From assembly GCA_965216325.1 (NCBI GenBank), contig OZ244160.1:2368001-2432000 (forward strand): 64,000 bases of DNA, in the 5' to 3' direction. The stretch is from Coraliomargarita sp. Lineage in GTDB: Bacteria > Verrucomicrobiota > Verrucomicrobiia > Opitutales > Coraliomargaritaceae. The notes under the pieces are model-generated. The model worked only from the letters and a program-made list of their open reading frames with translations. It was not told the origin of the DNA and did no database searches. Made by a program: the position numbers and the translations under genes. This document shows, one piece after another, positions 10,642 to 22,300 of this stretch (positions are counted from its first letter, which is position 1; each line of letters begins with the position of its first letter).

Positions 10642-12640
10642 TCGTATTTGTCTCCTTATTTTCTAGTAATTCAAACCATGTGGCGTCAAAGGCAGGAACC
10701 GAGATTGGCAGCATGCCATTGGTCATCGTTCCTGTTTCGCCGGACTCGGCCTTGTAGTTCCATGTGGATTCCGCGGCATTGAAACTGTGCAGTATTAAGT
10801 GACACACGCGTTGCTGAGCATGGTCTGTAGGATTGAAGGCAACGACGAGGGCTCGTTTAATTGGCTCCCCATCGAGCACATGCACGACTGCATCGATCTG
10901 TTTGCCATCAGGCTCATAGATGTGCAGCATGTAGCCGTTTTTAAAATAGTCTCGATGTGCTTTCCAAAAGTTGAGCCAGCGTTGTACCGCAGCCTTGCTC
11001 TTGGGCCCTTCAAAGGGGACGCGGCAGAAGGGCTTTCCTTCGAATCCATAGCCATACACGTTGGCAAGATAAGCGTTATACTCTGGCGCATGCGCTTCCA
11101 TCGGCACGAGTAGATCCGGAGCAGCTTCGTCGGGGCTCCATGCCACGACGGGAAGGACTGTTGTTGCCTGCTCGGGGCGATAGACCTTGGTGAAGTGATA
11201 AGCGGCTTTTCGATTGGATAGAATCTGTTGGCGGATCGACTTATCTCCGAAGTCGCCCTCTTCGTAACCAGTTGTGGTGATGCGGCTCATGCCATGTGCG
11301 AACGCCTGGAAGCCTTGTGCGGCTTCACCATGGACGCCGGCCTGATGCATCGTCCGATAAAAAGACTTCTGATGTTCCCACGACAGCACTTGGTTCGGTC
11401 CGCCGGGTTTAACGGGGCGATTCTCTGCAACGGAGATGTCTCCGTAGTAGGGGCCGTCTAAATGCCAAGTGTCGAAGCCTCCTTGTTGGATCGCTTCGGG
11501 AAGCTTGCGGTTGACGACTTTGCCCCATCCGGATGCGGGGTCGAGAGTTGTTCCCCAGCGGCTACTGTCGTCATCATCGGCCCAGATTAGCTCCCAGTCG
11601 TGCTCTGTGTAGGCTTTCGGTGTGCTCGCGCCTTCCTCCATCCATGTGTTTACATAGATGGAGTAAAACGAAATTTTAAGGCCCTTTGAGTGCGCGTAGT
11701 CCGTCAGTTTTCTAACATCATCCCAGCCGTTGGGGAAGAGCTCCGTGCGCAACTCATAGTCGCTGTAGTTGGTGAACAAAGGAGAGGTCAGGACGCCTTT
11801 GATCCAGCCGTGGTTGAGATGAACCAGTTCAAACCCAGCCTCGGCGATCCGGTCGATTCCCCGGTAATACTCATTCACATCGTCGGCAGGTGCGAGGCTG
11901 CAACCCAGTGACTGCGCACGTGTCCATGGGAAGATGCTGCGTGTTGCTTTTCGAATCGCCAAGCCCGCTGCTTCGGGTGTGGTATTGGGAACCACAAACT
12001 CATACACTTTGAAGGATTCAAAGCGCGATCCAGTGTCGAGCGTCCAGTCCATCTCGACGGGGTAGGAGAAGGTCACCTCGTCTTCAAAGGAATTGAGGAA
12101 GGCTTCGATGTAGTGCTTGTGTCCTTCGATCCATGGGCTGTAAACGCGCTTGCCGTTCACCTTGATGGCATCTCGAACGTAATCGTCTTCGAGTAGTAAC
12201 TTGTGGCTGTTATCTTGTAGAGGCTTGATTGTCTCGACTTGGATGTGGTCGATGCGGATTGGCTTCGGCCCCTCGTTGCGCACGACGATCTGTTTGGTTA
12301 ATACTGGCGCGCTGTCGTATGCCAGATATATCAGCTGAATGGAAACGCCCGGGAGTCGGGGTTGTTCGGCACAAGTAATGACTAACTGCTGTCCTTCCGG
12401 GACTTGTTGTGTCGTGGCTGTGCAAACAGGAAAGCCTGCGGTATCCATAGTTCCGATACGATAGTCATCTCCGTTGATGGTGATGAATGCAGTATCGTCA
12501 ATGGATGTGTCTGCTACTGGCTCATTCGTCGGTCCAGCTGTGAAATGGAGGCTGCGTAGTGTGCCGCTGTCCCAACCCAGGACACGCTTAAGGTGCCTGG
12601 TTGCAAGGCTTGCTGTGTGTTCTGTCGTTGCAGTCTTCAT
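10634..12640 (-). CDS. Probable cytoplasmic glycoside hydrolase, GH36/clan-D-like
   Basis: IAEAGFELV, LTDYAHSKGLKISFY, GFDTWHLDGPYYGD; no signal peptide; 8-bp overlap with the symporter gene. Confidence 0.6.
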   Translation of the reverse strand: MKTATTEHTASLATRHLKRVLGWDSGTLRSLHFTAGPTNEPVADTSIDDTAFITINGDDYRIGTMDTAGFPVCTATTQQVPEGQQLVITCAEQPRLPGVSIQLIYLAYDSAPVLTKQIVVRNEGPKPIRIDHIQVETIKPLQDNSHKLLLEDDYVRDAIKVNGKRVYSPWIEGHKHYIEAFLNSFEDEVTFSYPVEMDWTLDTGSRFESFKVYEFVVPNTTPEAAGLAIRKATRSIFPWTRAQSLGCSLAPADDVNEYYRGIDRIAEAGFELVHLNHGWIKGVLTSPLFTNYSDYELRTELFPNGWDDVRKLTDYAHSKGLKISFYSIYVNTWMEEGASTPKAYTEHDWELIWADDDDSSRWGTTLDPASGWGKVVNRKLPEAIQQGGFDTWHLDGPYYGDISVAENRPVKPGGPNQVLSWEHQKSFYRTMHQAGVHGEAAQGFQAFAHGMSRITTTGYEEGDFGDKSIRQQILSNRKAAYHFTKVYRPEQATTVLPVVAWSPDEAAPDLLVPMEAHAPEYNAYLANVYGYGFEGKPFCRVPFEGPKSKAAVQRWLNFWKAHRDYFKNGYMLHIYEPDGKQIDAVVHVLDGEPIKRALVVAFNPTDHAQQRVCHLILHSFNAAESTWNYKAESGETGTMTNGMLPISVPAFDATWFELLENKETNTNA

Positions 12641-12646
12641 TGCAGG

Positions 12647-14851
12647 CTAGAAGCGAGGGTCTGTCGGGAAGCGGTTGATGAGTGGATGCTTGGACTGGGG
12701 GGCATCTGTGTTGCGAATTGCACGACGAAGCTTGCGTATGACGTCGCAGTAGGCCTCGTCGGAAAGATCCTGTGCAGAATAGGTGACCTCAGCAGCATGG
12801 ATGGCGGTGAGTAATTGTGAAGCGTCGGTGCAGGAGCTGGCGGCTTGCTTGCCCAGTTGTATGAGTGCATACAAGCCGGGGCGGAAGGCGAAGCCGTTTG
12901 CAAGCAGTGTTGAGTCCAGAACATGGTGGCCGACATCGGTGACGGCTGGCATCGGCTCTGAAGTAATCAGAAAACCATTGCTGTCGATCATACTGAAGGC
13001 TGCATAGGCTGCACCAGGAGGCATTGTCGCTTCGACGCGACCGTTTTGGATGGTTGCCGCCGCCGGTAGCCACTCTTCACGATGGCCTTTGAGGGTATCC
13101 ATCTGCGGCGGGTTGAGGGTATAGAGCAATTGGGCTTCGGCGATCTTTGCCTTGTCGGCACCGCTTTCTATTGTCACCCACACCTGATCTTTTTCGGAGC
13201 CAAATTCGAGAATGGCGGGCACTTGGGCTCGCTGTGCCGGGTCGATAAATTTTCCGGTGATGTTTTGATGGGGTGAGGGCGCATTGGCCGCTGCAAGTTG
13301 TTCTTCCAATTCTGCGAGCAGCTGATTCGTTAGCTCCGGAAACTGTAGGCTTAGGTCTTGTGTCTCGCCGAGATCTTTGGGCTCCCCGTCTTGATATAGG
13401 CGGAACAGCTGAGTGGCTTTTTTATCATCGGGCTTACCCCATGCACCGTAGCTGTGCACCAGTTTCCAGTCGCCTTTACGAATTGCAGAGGACATGTGTG
13501 CATCCCAAGGAAAATACCAAAAGAGCGATTCACGCACAGAGCCATCGGCGAAGACGACTTGTTCGGCATCGCCGTGGAAGAGCGGCAGCAAGTTGCCGCC
13601 ATCCAGTTCGAGACTTGGATCTGGATCCAGCCCGGCAAGCTCCATAAAGGTGGGAAACAAGTCGATCAGGTTAATTGGTGTTTCGCATGTCGATCCTGCT
13701 TCGACATTTGGCCCACGAACTAAGAAGGGGATGCGAATACCGCCTTCCCAGGTGTTCTGTTTACCACCCTTGAGTGGATTGTTTTCGGTGAAGCGAGCCA
13801 TGCCGCCGTTATCCGAGGAGAGGATGAGGTAAGTATTGTCGATGAGCTTGTGACCGGGATTGCGTGGGTCATCGGTTGCTTCGAGATAGCGCACGATGTC
13901 GCCGACCATCCAGTCGAGTTCATCGACCATACTCGCGTAATAGGGGTCGCTGTGGCCCGGCTGATCGTAGTAGGTTTTCTGTGGGTCTGATGGGAATTCG
14001 AGTCCCAACTTGTTTGCGTAGTGCTCCAGTCTTTCGCGGTTTCGCGTTTGGATCGGGCCGTGGACGTAGTAGGGGCAGTAGTTCAGGAAGAAGGGCTTGG
14101 CCTTGCTCTGCTCCATAAATCCGAGGGCGAGATCGTGTGGTTTGTCGAAGGGGCGGCCTTCTGCATTGAGCTGGTAAGGGTCGGTCGGGGCATCCGTTGC
14201 AAAGTCGGCCAGTCGATTCGGCTCCATGCGTGCCCAAGTGCCGAAGAACTGGTTTTTCGTGCCTTCATCCGCAGGCCAAAGCTCCGGATCGTTGTAGTAG
14301 CGATGACGCCCGTCTTTTTCTGTGAAGCCGAAATCGAAACCCTGATCGAGCGGAAAGGGGTAACCTGCGGATTTACCACCGGCATGCCATTTGCCAACAT
14401 GTCCTGAGAGGTATCCTGCTTTGGATAGCACTTCGGGAATCATCGGTTCTTCGACGGGGAGGCCATAGAGGTAGTAGGGGGCGACTCGATTGCTCTCAGG
14501 GTGCCAAGGGCGTGGAATACGCCCCCCTGAAACGTGATAGACGCCTGTGTTGACAACATGTTGACCACGTAGATACGCCACACGTGAAGGGGCGCAGCTG
14601 GGAGCGGGGGAATAGGCTTGCGTGAAGCGGCGGCCATTCTGTGTGAGTTGGTCCATGTGCGGCGTCTCATAGACAGGCTCGTCATCGAGCTTGTGGCTCG
14701 CGATATCCTGCCAACCAAGGTCGTCGACAAATATGTGGACGATATTTGGTTTCGACGAGCTCACCACAGGTGGCTTCGACGAGCCGAGTGCAGTTGAGAG
14801 GAGCGCACACAGCCCGATAGTAGTGGAGATCAATGTTTTAAAGGTGTTCAC
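12647..14851 (-). CDS. S1 sulfatase with ~200-aa C-terminal extension (start probably GTG 14851; the ORF track gives 14893)
   Basis: PNIVHIFVDDLGW, SCAPSR, GKWH, SSDNGG and WEGGIRIP motifs; signal peptide follows the GTG. Confidence 0.92.
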   Translation of the reverse strand: MNTFKTLISTTIGLCALLSTALGSSKPPVVSSSKPNIVHIFVDDLGWQDIASHKLDDEPVYETPHMDQLTQNGRRFTQAYSPAPSCAPSRVAYLRGQHVVNTGVYHVSGGRIPRPWHPESNRVAPYYLYGLPVEEPMIPEVLSKAGYLSGHVGKWHAGGKSAGYPFPLDQGFDFGFTEKDGRHRYYNDPELWPADEGTKNQFFGTWARMEPNRLADFATDAPTDPYQLNAEGRPFDKPHDLALGFMEQSKAKPFFLNYCPYYVHGPIQTRNRERLEHYANKLGLEFPSDPQKTYYDQPGHSDPYYASMVDELDWMVGDIVRYLEATDDPRNPGHKLIDNTYLILSSDNGGMARFTENNPLKGGKQNTWEGGIRIPFLVRGPNVEAGSTCETPINLIDLFPTFMELAGLDPDPSLELDGGNLLPLFHGDAEQVVFADGSVRESLFWYFPWDAHMSSAIRKGDWKLVHSYGAWGKPDDKKATQLFRLYQDGEPKDLGETQDLSLQFPELTNQLLAELEEQLAAANAPSPHQNITGKFIDPAQRAQVPAILEFGSEKDQVWVTIESGADKAKIAEAQLLYTLNPPQMDTLKGHREEWLPAAATIQNGRVEATMPPGAAYAAFSMIDSNGFLITSEPMPAVTDVGHHVLDSTLLANGFAFRPGLYALIQLGKQAASSCTDASQLLTAIHAAEVTYSAQDLSDEAYCDVIRKLRRAIRNTDAPQSKHPLINRFPTDPRF

Positions 14852-14921
14852 GATTGGATGCGTAGCTGCGTAGATCTGCTTATTGGGATGCATCAGACTA
14901 CCTCAATCCAATCGGCAGTGC

Positions 14922-14939
14922 ATCACTCGTTTGAGTGAT
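14922..14939. promoter_or_regulatory. 18-bp operator copy 1 (leftward sulfatase operon)
   Basis: ATCACTC-GTTT-GAGTGAT; minus-strand TAGTCT (14895-14900) lies 21 bp away. Confidence 0.75.
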
Positions 14940-14961
14940 GTTCACGAGGTGCTGGCGCAGC

Positions 14962-14979
14962 ATCGCACATATGAGGGAT
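14962..14979. promoter_or_regulatory. 18-bp operator copy 2 (SGNH operon)
   Basis: ATCGCAC-ATAT-GAGGGAT; TGc-TAAGCT at 15001, 21 bp away. Confidence 0.75.
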
Positions 14980-15019
14980 GTCGGCAGAGGGGGGCTATGC
15001 TAAGCTTGATTGCTTGAAA

Positions 15020-16450
15020 ATGATGTCTCGGAGATTTTTAAAGTTCTTGCTAACAAGGAGCTCGGCTAGCCTGCGTTGCTTCGGCGTCTGCGTGTTGCTA
15101 GCTGCTGGGCTTCAGGCGGCGGATGGGCGTTTGCCTACTGCGATGCAGCCACAGCGGCCGGCCGAGTGGTGGCATCAGCGGCATCTGGAGAAAGTGCAGG
15201 AGGCTCGCGCGGCTGATTATGATATCGTGCTGATTGGCGATTCGATCACCCAGTATGCAGAGCGAGACCCACTCTATGGCTATTATTTTGGCAACCGAAA
15301 GGTGCTGAACCTGGGGTTTGGTGGGGATCAACCCCAGCATGTTTTGTGGCGCTTGCGCAATGGGGAGCTGGAGGGTGTGCAGCCCAAACTGGTCTCCCTG
15401 ATGATTGGCACGAACAGCGCTAAGCGTGAAAGTGCCGAGGCAATTGTTGCCGGGATTGAGGCAGTGCTGGATGAATTGGAGGTTCGGGTGCCGGATGCTC
15501 AGGTGGTTCTGTTCTCGGTGTTTCCACGCAAGGCAGGCAAAGAGCAGACCACGCTGGAAGCGGTGAACCGAGAGCTGGCTCAATTTGCTGAGCGCGAGCA
15601 GGTCACTCTTGTGGATATCAACACGCAGTTCTATTTAGACAACGGCGAGCTGAATGCCGAACTTTACCATACGGACTTACTGCATCTCAGCACTGGCGGC
15701 TATCAGGTCTGGTGGGCTGCCTTGGAGCCATACATTTCTGAAGTGCTTAATGAGCCTGCGCTACCTGCGAATCCCCATCGGGCGGTGCAGTCGGCCTTGC
15801 GTGATGGACCTCGGCATCAGCAGAAATTACTCGAAGCTGCGAAGGGTGATTATGATCTGGTTTTCGTAGGTGACTCGATTACCCATTTCTGGGAGCGCGA
15901 TGGGGAGTTTGGACTTCCGGTGTGGGAGCGCTATTACGGGCATCGAAAGGCGCTGAATTTAGGCTTCGGAGGCGACCGAACCGAGTGGGTGAATTGGCGT
16001 CTGCAAAATGGTGAGATCGAAGGGCTTGATCCCAAAGTCGTGGTGCTGATGATCGGCACTAATAATACACATATTGGGGAGGATGCTCCTGAGGAAACAC
16101 TCGCGGGGATTTCCAGTAATTTGAAAACGATTCGCTCGCATCTGCCGAATAGCAAGGTTTTGCTCTTGTCGATTTTCCCACGCGGAGAGAGTCTAGAGGA
16201 TCCACTTCGTCAACTCAATGAGCAGGTGAATGCAGGCTTGCCCGAATTGGCAGCGGCGGATCCAGCGGTGATCCATTTGGATATCAACGATCATTTTCTC
16301 GATGAAGATGGGCGTTTGTCGCGTGAGATTATGCCCGATTTGTTGCATCCCAATACGCAAGGCTATGCTGTTTGGGCTGCGGCGATGGAGCCTGTGTTGA
16401 GTCAGATGCTCGATGATCAAATGATCGCAGTTGCGACCCCTTCTTTATGA
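15020..16450 (+). CDS. Tandem SGNH/GDSL acetylesterase (PAF-AH-like), secreted
   Basis: Two domains, each with GDSIT, NLGFGGD, IGTN and DLLH. Confidence 0.9.
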   Translation: MMSRRFLKFLLTRSSASLRCFGVCVLLAAGLQAADGRLPTAMQPQRPAEWWHQRHLEKVQEARAADYDIVLIGDSITQYAERDPLYGYYFGNRKVLNLGFGGDQPQHVLWRLRNGELEGVQPKLVSLMIGTNSAKRESAEAIVAGIEAVLDELEVRVPDAQVVLFSVFPRKAGKEQTTLEAVNRELAQFAEREQVTLVDINTQFYLDNGELNAELYHTDLLHLSTGGYQVWWAALEPYISEVLNEPALPANPHRAVQSALRDGPRHQQKLLEAAKGDYDLVFVGDSITHFWERDGEFGLPVWERYYGHRKALNLGFGGDRTEWVNWRLQNGEIEGLDPKVVVLMIGTNNTHIGEDAPEETLAGISSNLKTIRSHLPNSKVLLLSIFPRGESLEDPLRQLNEQVNAGLPELAAADPAVIHLDINDHFLDEDGRLSREIMPDLLHPNTQGYAVWAAAMEPVLSQMLDDQMIAVATPSL

Positions 16451-19263
16451 AACATTTCTTGAAGCGAAATCTTTGCCTTTGCTCGCTCGCGTGTTGCCTT
16501 TTGCAAGGGCTTGTTGCCGAGCATCGAACCACGCTTGCGCAGCCGCGCGATGACTGGTGGTTGCAACGCCATGAGGCGAAGTTGCAAGAAGTCGCCGCAG
16601 GTGCAGATGAGATCGACCTTGTGTTTGTCGGTGATTCGATAACGCATTTCATGGATGATAGCGCGCCGGGCTTAGTCGCAGAGACTTTCCCGGGAATGAC
16701 TCACTTGAACTTGGGGTATAGCGCCGATCGCACAGAGAATGTGCTCTGGCGTTTGCAGAATGGTGAACTGGACGGGCTGACTCCGAAACTTGTGGTGCTG
16801 ATGATTGGCACCAACAACACCGGTCACCGCCGAGACCCTGCAGCTGAAACAGTCGGCGGCATCCGGCTGATTGTTGATGAACTCCGGCAACAACTGCCTG
16901 GCACTAAGGTGCTCCTGCTCTCGATCTTTCCTCGGGGCGAGAGTGCAAACGATCCGTTGCGGAAACTCAATGAGCAGATCAATGCGCAGCTGCCGCGACT
17001 GGCTGATGGTCAGACCGTTTTTCATCTGAACATCAATGATGCCTTCCTCGATGCAGAGGGCCGTTTACCCAAAGAGGTGATGCCTGATCTGCTCCATCCA
17101 AACAAAGCGGGCTACGAAATTTGGTTGGCTGAGATTCAGCCGAAGGTGCAGGAGATTTTGGCGAGGCAGCAATTGCCGAGCCCGCCAGAGATCTGGGATG
17201 CCTATGATCCGGATGCAGGCGACTACAAGGAAGAGATTGTCCGAGAAGAAGTTCGTGATGGGATCTATTACCGAGATGCTTACATCAGTGCCTATATGCT
17301 GGGTGAGGAGATTCGGGTGTTTTGTAAGTATGCGGTGAAAGAGGGTGCGGTGAATGCACCGGGGCTGATGGATGTGCACGGCTGGATGTCGACCGCGAGC
17401 CCCTCGGCGGATTATGTTGCCGACGGTTGGGCGGTGATGGCGCACGACTATTGCGGTAAGGCTGGAAACCGAGTCGATTACACGCGTTACCCCGAGTCTT
17501 TGCGCCATGGAAACATGGATCGCGAGCTGGGGCCACCGCTCTGGTCACATGATAAGAACCGTGACTCGATTTCCGATTACAAGGAGACTTCCGATTACAT
17601 TTGGTATGCCATTCAACGACGTGTCTTGAGCTATCTACTTGACCAGAAGGAGGTCGATTCCAGTCGTATAGGAGCCAAAGGCTATTCTTATGGTGGCACG
17701 ATCATGTGGAACCTTGCAATGGATGAACGCGTGAAGGCGGTGGTTGCGTATTTTGGGATTGGTTGGAACGAATACTACCGGAGCAAGCACGTATGGATGT
17801 ATAATAATCCCTACCAAGCACCGGAGATGAGCCCAGGAGAGCAACTCTATCTTTCCGCGATCGCACCGCAGGCACATGCCCCATATATTCGCGCGGCAAG
17901 TCTCTGGTTGAACGGATCGAATGATCATCACGGTGGGCATGAGCGTGGCGCTGAAACCTTTAAAATGTTTCAGGAGGACGTTCCTTGGGATTTCGCGCAT
18001 CAGGCACGCGGGCATCATAATACCGAGAAGTTGGGCGATGATTGTAAGCTCTGGCTTGAAAAGCACGTGCTTGGAAAAGATCAATTTTGGCCGGAGCGTC
18101 CGCAGAGTGGTATTCGCTTGTCGAAGGAAGGTGTGCCGGAATTCTGGATACAACCTGATTCACCAGAAATGATTGAGTCGCTCAACATATATTACGCGCA
18201 GAAAAGTGCGGTCAGTTTCGCGCGCGCTTGGCGTGATGCTGAAGCCGTTCGGCAAGGAGATATGTGGACTGCGCAGTTACCAGTGCTGAACGTCGATGAT
18301 TATGTATTTGGGTTTTCAAATGTCCGCTATGCGGGCGACATCGTAGTTTCCTCGGACTTCGAAGCCGTCATTCCTGCCGCGCTTGGCAATGCAGTGGCTA
18401 CGGATCAGCCATCGAATCAGTTGTCGGAGGGCACGGGACTGTGGAGCGGTGTCGCTCCTGCCGAAGGGGTCGGTGGCATCAAGGGCTTTCGAGTGATTAA
18501 TCAACATCGTGGCACCACAAACGAACAGTTCAATGATCCGAAATGGGCGGCTCCTGAGAATGCAAAGCTGGCGTTTAAGTTCTATTGCACTCAGCCGCAG
18601 ACAGTCCTTGTGGTGGTCAATGGTCAGTATCAGCAAGAGCTAGAAATTACCGCATCAAATGAATGGCAGCGCATGGAGTTATCTGCAGCAGGCCTGATCA
18701 ATAAGCACACTGAGCAAGCGATGGCGATTTGGTCAGGCACCAAGAGTGTTTCCATTAAGCCAGTCGAGGGGGCTGATATTACCCAGATTATTTTTGCCGA
18801 TTTTGAATGGTCGGCTCCGGTGAAGGCGCTCACGACTCCTTTGGAGGACGGAAAACTGTATCTCACCGAATCGATCGCAGATGAAGTGGATAGTTTTTGG
18901 CGTGTGATGCAGGATCGCTCCGTATCCGGTGAGCCACTACGCATTGGTGGCGTGGAATATGCACGTGGACTAGGAGTGCATGCGGACTCAACACTGACCT
19001 ATCGTCTCGATGGCCAGTTCTCGGCCTTTCACGTTGTGCCCGGTCCGGATGATGCGCACCGTGGGCAGCTGGAGATGGTCATCCTTGTGGACGATACGGA
19101 AGTGTATCGATCCGGGGCTGTCAGTTCTCGAACAATTGGTGAGCCCAAGGCTTTGCAAATACCTGTTTCTGGAGCCCAAGAACTGAGCCTACGTGTTGAG
19201 TCCTCCGATGGCAATAATGGTGGTGATCATGCGAATTGGGCGGATGCGCACTTGATAAAATAA
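16447..19263 (+). CDS. SGNH esterase + alpha/beta-hydrolase + NPCBM multidomain protein
   Basis: GDSITH...DLLHPN; GYSYGG nucleophile elbow; C-terminal YARGLGVHADS...DHANWADA. Confidence 0.88.
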   Translation: MKHFLKRNLCLCSLACCLLQGLVAEHRTTLAQPRDDWWLQRHEAKLQEVAAGADEIDLVFVGDSITHFMDDSAPGLVAETFPGMTHLNLGYSADRTENVLWRLQNGELDGLTPKLVVLMIGTNNTGHRRDPAAETVGGIRLIVDELRQQLPGTKVLLLSIFPRGESANDPLRKLNEQINAQLPRLADGQTVFHLNINDAFLDAEGRLPKEVMPDLLHPNKAGYEIWLAEIQPKVQEILARQQLPSPPEIWDAYDPDAGDYKEEIVREEVRDGIYYRDAYISAYMLGEEIRVFCKYAVKEGAVNAPGLMDVHGWMSTASPSADYVADGWAVMAHDYCGKAGNRVDYTRYPESLRHGNMDRELGPPLWSHDKNRDSISDYKETSDYIWYAIQRRVLSYLLDQKEVDSSRIGAKGYSYGGTIMWNLAMDERVKAVVAYFGIGWNEYYRSKHVWMYNNPYQAPEMSPGEQLYLSAIAPQAHAPYIRAASLWLNGSNDHHGGHERGAETFKMFQEDVPWDFAHQARGHHNTEKLGDDCKLWLEKHVLGKDQFWPERPQSGIRLSKEGVPEFWIQPDSPEMIESLNIYYAQKSAVSFARAWRDAEAVRQGDMWTAQLPVLNVDDYVFGFSNVRYAGDIVVSSDFEAVIPAALGNAVATDQPSNQLSEGTGLWSGVAPAEGVGGIKGFRVINQHRGTTNEQFNDPKWAAPENAKLAFKFYCTQPQTVLVVVNGQYQQELEITASNEWQRMELSAAGLINKHTEQAMAIWSGTKSVSIKPVEGADITQIIFADFEWSAPVKALTTPLEDGKLYLTESIADEVDSFWRVMQDRSVSGEPLRIGGVEYARGLGVHADSTLTYRLDGQFSAFHVVPGPDDAHRGQLEMVILVDDTEVYRSGAVSSRTIGEPKALQIPVSGAQELSLRVESSDGNNGGDHANWADAHLIK

Positions 19264-19332
19264 CGTTAGGTTAGGTGTGGATGGATTGAGTGTCCATGTG
19301 CCAAAGTAGTTTATTGGGAATGGTTTAGTTGC

Positions 19333-19350
19333 ATCGCTCATACGTGCGAT
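19333..19350. promoter_or_regulatory. 18-bp operator copy 3
   Basis: ATCGCTC-ATAC-GTGCGAT; TATGGT at 19373, 22 bp away. Confidence 0.8.
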
Positions 19351-19386
19351 ATTCAAGATGGATTTTTGAGTGTATGGTATATGCTC

Positions 19387-22300
19387 ATGAAACTACCCCT
19401 GATTAACCTGAGTAAGGCTCTCAGTGTCTGTGCACTGCTTGCCTTGTCCTTGCAAACGCTTGCCCATGCGGCAGGCATTAACGTCTCGCTGGTGCAGAGT
19501 AATCACGGCACCTCTGGCAGCACCCCGATTGATCTGACCGCCGAAGGCGATATGGATTGGGGTGTTTTTGCGAATAGCACTTTAAGTCCGAGCACGCGTA
19601 TGAGCGGCGGTTCCGGACTTGCGAGTATCGCTTACCTCGGTGGTTCTGCCGATGCGTTCTATAATTTCTATTCGCAGAATAGCTACAACTGGACGAACGG
19701 GAACTCGCCGCCGACCGGTAGCAACAACCTGACAACCAATGCCAACATGACATCGGACGGTGACGGTCTGCGGATGTCATTTAACGTCGCCACACCCGGC
19801 ACCTATCGACTCAAGTTTTACGCGACCACTTCCGCGACCAATTTGCGTGCTACGGCAACGCTGAGCTCTGGGAACGTCAGCGATTCCGCTACCGGCACTG
19901 TGCCAGGCGGACTTGAGAAATACGAATTCACCGTGGATTTCACCGCGGACACAAGCGACACGCTTACCCTCGACGTCGCGAAGGATGGCGGCCAATCGAT
20001 TCTTGCCTACGAAGCCTTTTCCCTTTCTGCAGTCGATGTCACTCCGGTGCCGAACTTGAATGTCGATTCGAGTTTCACCTTTGAAAACGCATCGACTCCA
20101 GAGTCGTTCCAAATTCCCTATAGCAACAACGGTCAGCAGCCGCTTTCGATTTCGTCGGTCAACCTCGGTGGTGCCGATGCCCAATACTTTACGGTCAACT
20201 CCTATGCGTCATCCCTTGCAGTGGGTGCCAATGGCACGCTTGCACTGAACTTCAACCCATCGGGCGATCGCATCTATAACGCGACGCTGACGATTGCCTC
20301 CAATGACTCCGATTCACCGTCGACGGTGGTGAACATTTCGGTGAATTCCGGTAATGTCTCGCAGGAAATCGATATCTTCATTCTCGCTGGTCAGTCGAAC
20401 GCGAATGGCCAAGGCATGGTCAATAGCTTGACCCCGCAACAAGCCGGTCCGCACGACGCATTGATCTACACATCATGGCACACGCGCGCGGGCGATGCCT
20501 ATACCGATCAAAATCATTCGGGTTGGTTGGACGAGATCCTTGCAGGGGAAACCCGTTCCGACTGGCATACCAGTGTGAACTTTGGAGGCTCCCCTTGGTT
20601 TGGTCCGGAAGTTGGTTTTGTGGCACGTGCGAATGCGATTAACCTCACCAATGGCCGGCAGATTGCGATTATCAAGTATGCGGTCGACGGGTCGAATCTG
20701 AATCTGTGGCAGCCCGGCGGTATCTGCTGGAGCGGCTTAACAAATACACTCAACCTTGCAGTCGCTGGTCTCGAAAGCGAAGGCTACACGCCGAACTTCG
20801 CCGGTATGATCTGGTGGCAAGGCGAGAACGGCACCACGGTCGGCGGCTTGAATGGCTTCATTGGCCATGTGCGTAACCATTTGGCGAATACATTTGGTCT
20901 GCAGGATTCCGCGAACTTCCCGGTTGTCATTACGGGGAATGACGCGTGGGGCGCTGGTTTGAAGACCGGAGTCGCCGACAATGATGACGATGTCGAGTTC
21001 GTGAACTCTTACGAATACGGGCAGAACGTGATTGTCCACGTGGGCAGCAACGAAGGCCCGAACGATGTCACTGGCAACGGTGTGAACGACATGTATGACA
21101 TCGGTGAGGCTTATGCGGATCAACTGGCTTTGATCTTTGAGCCGAGCGAAGCGACGCCGCCTCCGACGGGTGGCGGTGACATTGTGGATGTCTTTATCGC
21201 GACCGGTCAGTCGAATGCGGTCTATCCGATGGATAACCAGTATGGATTTGGTCGCGGCATTCAGGATGCGCTGACCGCGTCCGGTCAGTTCTCAAATCCG
21301 ACGGTTGTCATGGACGGTGATGGCGGTCGTCCGATTGCGTATTGGTGGGCAGAGTTCTGGCCCGGTCCTTACACCGGCTACGACGACGATTTCTTTGACA
21401 CCAATGGAAGCGGCACCGGTAAACTGGAAGCGAAGCTCAATGAGATCATCGCCAATGGTGACACGCCACGTTTCCGCGGTGTCTTCTGGTGGCAGGGCGA
21501 GAGTGATGGTCTCGGTCCCTACGCAGACGCCAATACCTCACAGGCTGATTACGAGACCCGTTGGAACGGACTGCTTGCACAGCTGGATGCCGACCTTCAA
21601 GCAGCTGGTGTCAGCAGCAACGACTATAAGTTCGTCGTGAATACCGTCGCCGAGTCCGGCGATCAGATTAACAACATCCTGACTGCCATTGCGAATGGCG
21701 ATTCACGCGGTGCCATCTACGATGCACTCAACTCTCCATACCACGATCAGAACATCATCGTGGAGCCGAGCTACGGCAACCTGCATGACTACAACCACTT
21801 TGCAGTCGGGCAGGCGAACGTGCAGCTCTTTATCGACAGCTTCCTCGGCAACAGCGCGACTTACACCATAACCTTCATCAATGTCGATGGCTCGGTCACG
21901 ACCCAGACAGTCAACGAAGGTGTTGTGGCGACGCCACCAGCAGGGGTGAATACTGCAGACAAGACCTTCACTGCTTGGCCGACCGTGGTGCCTGCAACTG
22001 CGGATGCTACCTATACTGCGGAGTATACGCAAAACGGCGGAGGTGGCGACATCGTGGATGTCTTCATCGCAACCGGTCAGTCCAATGCCGCTTGGCCATG
22101 GGATAGTGTGAATCAAGTTGGCACCTTCCAATTTGGTGCAGGCGTGCAGGCTGCGTTGACTGCATCCGGACGCTTCTCGAACCCCACTGTGGTTCGCCAG
22201 GGCGAGCCAGGTATGGCGATCGAGAATTGGTTCAAGGATGGCGCGCCACAATGGGCCTATGGCAAAAACTTCTTCGGCACCTACCAAGGGGTGACTGCAG

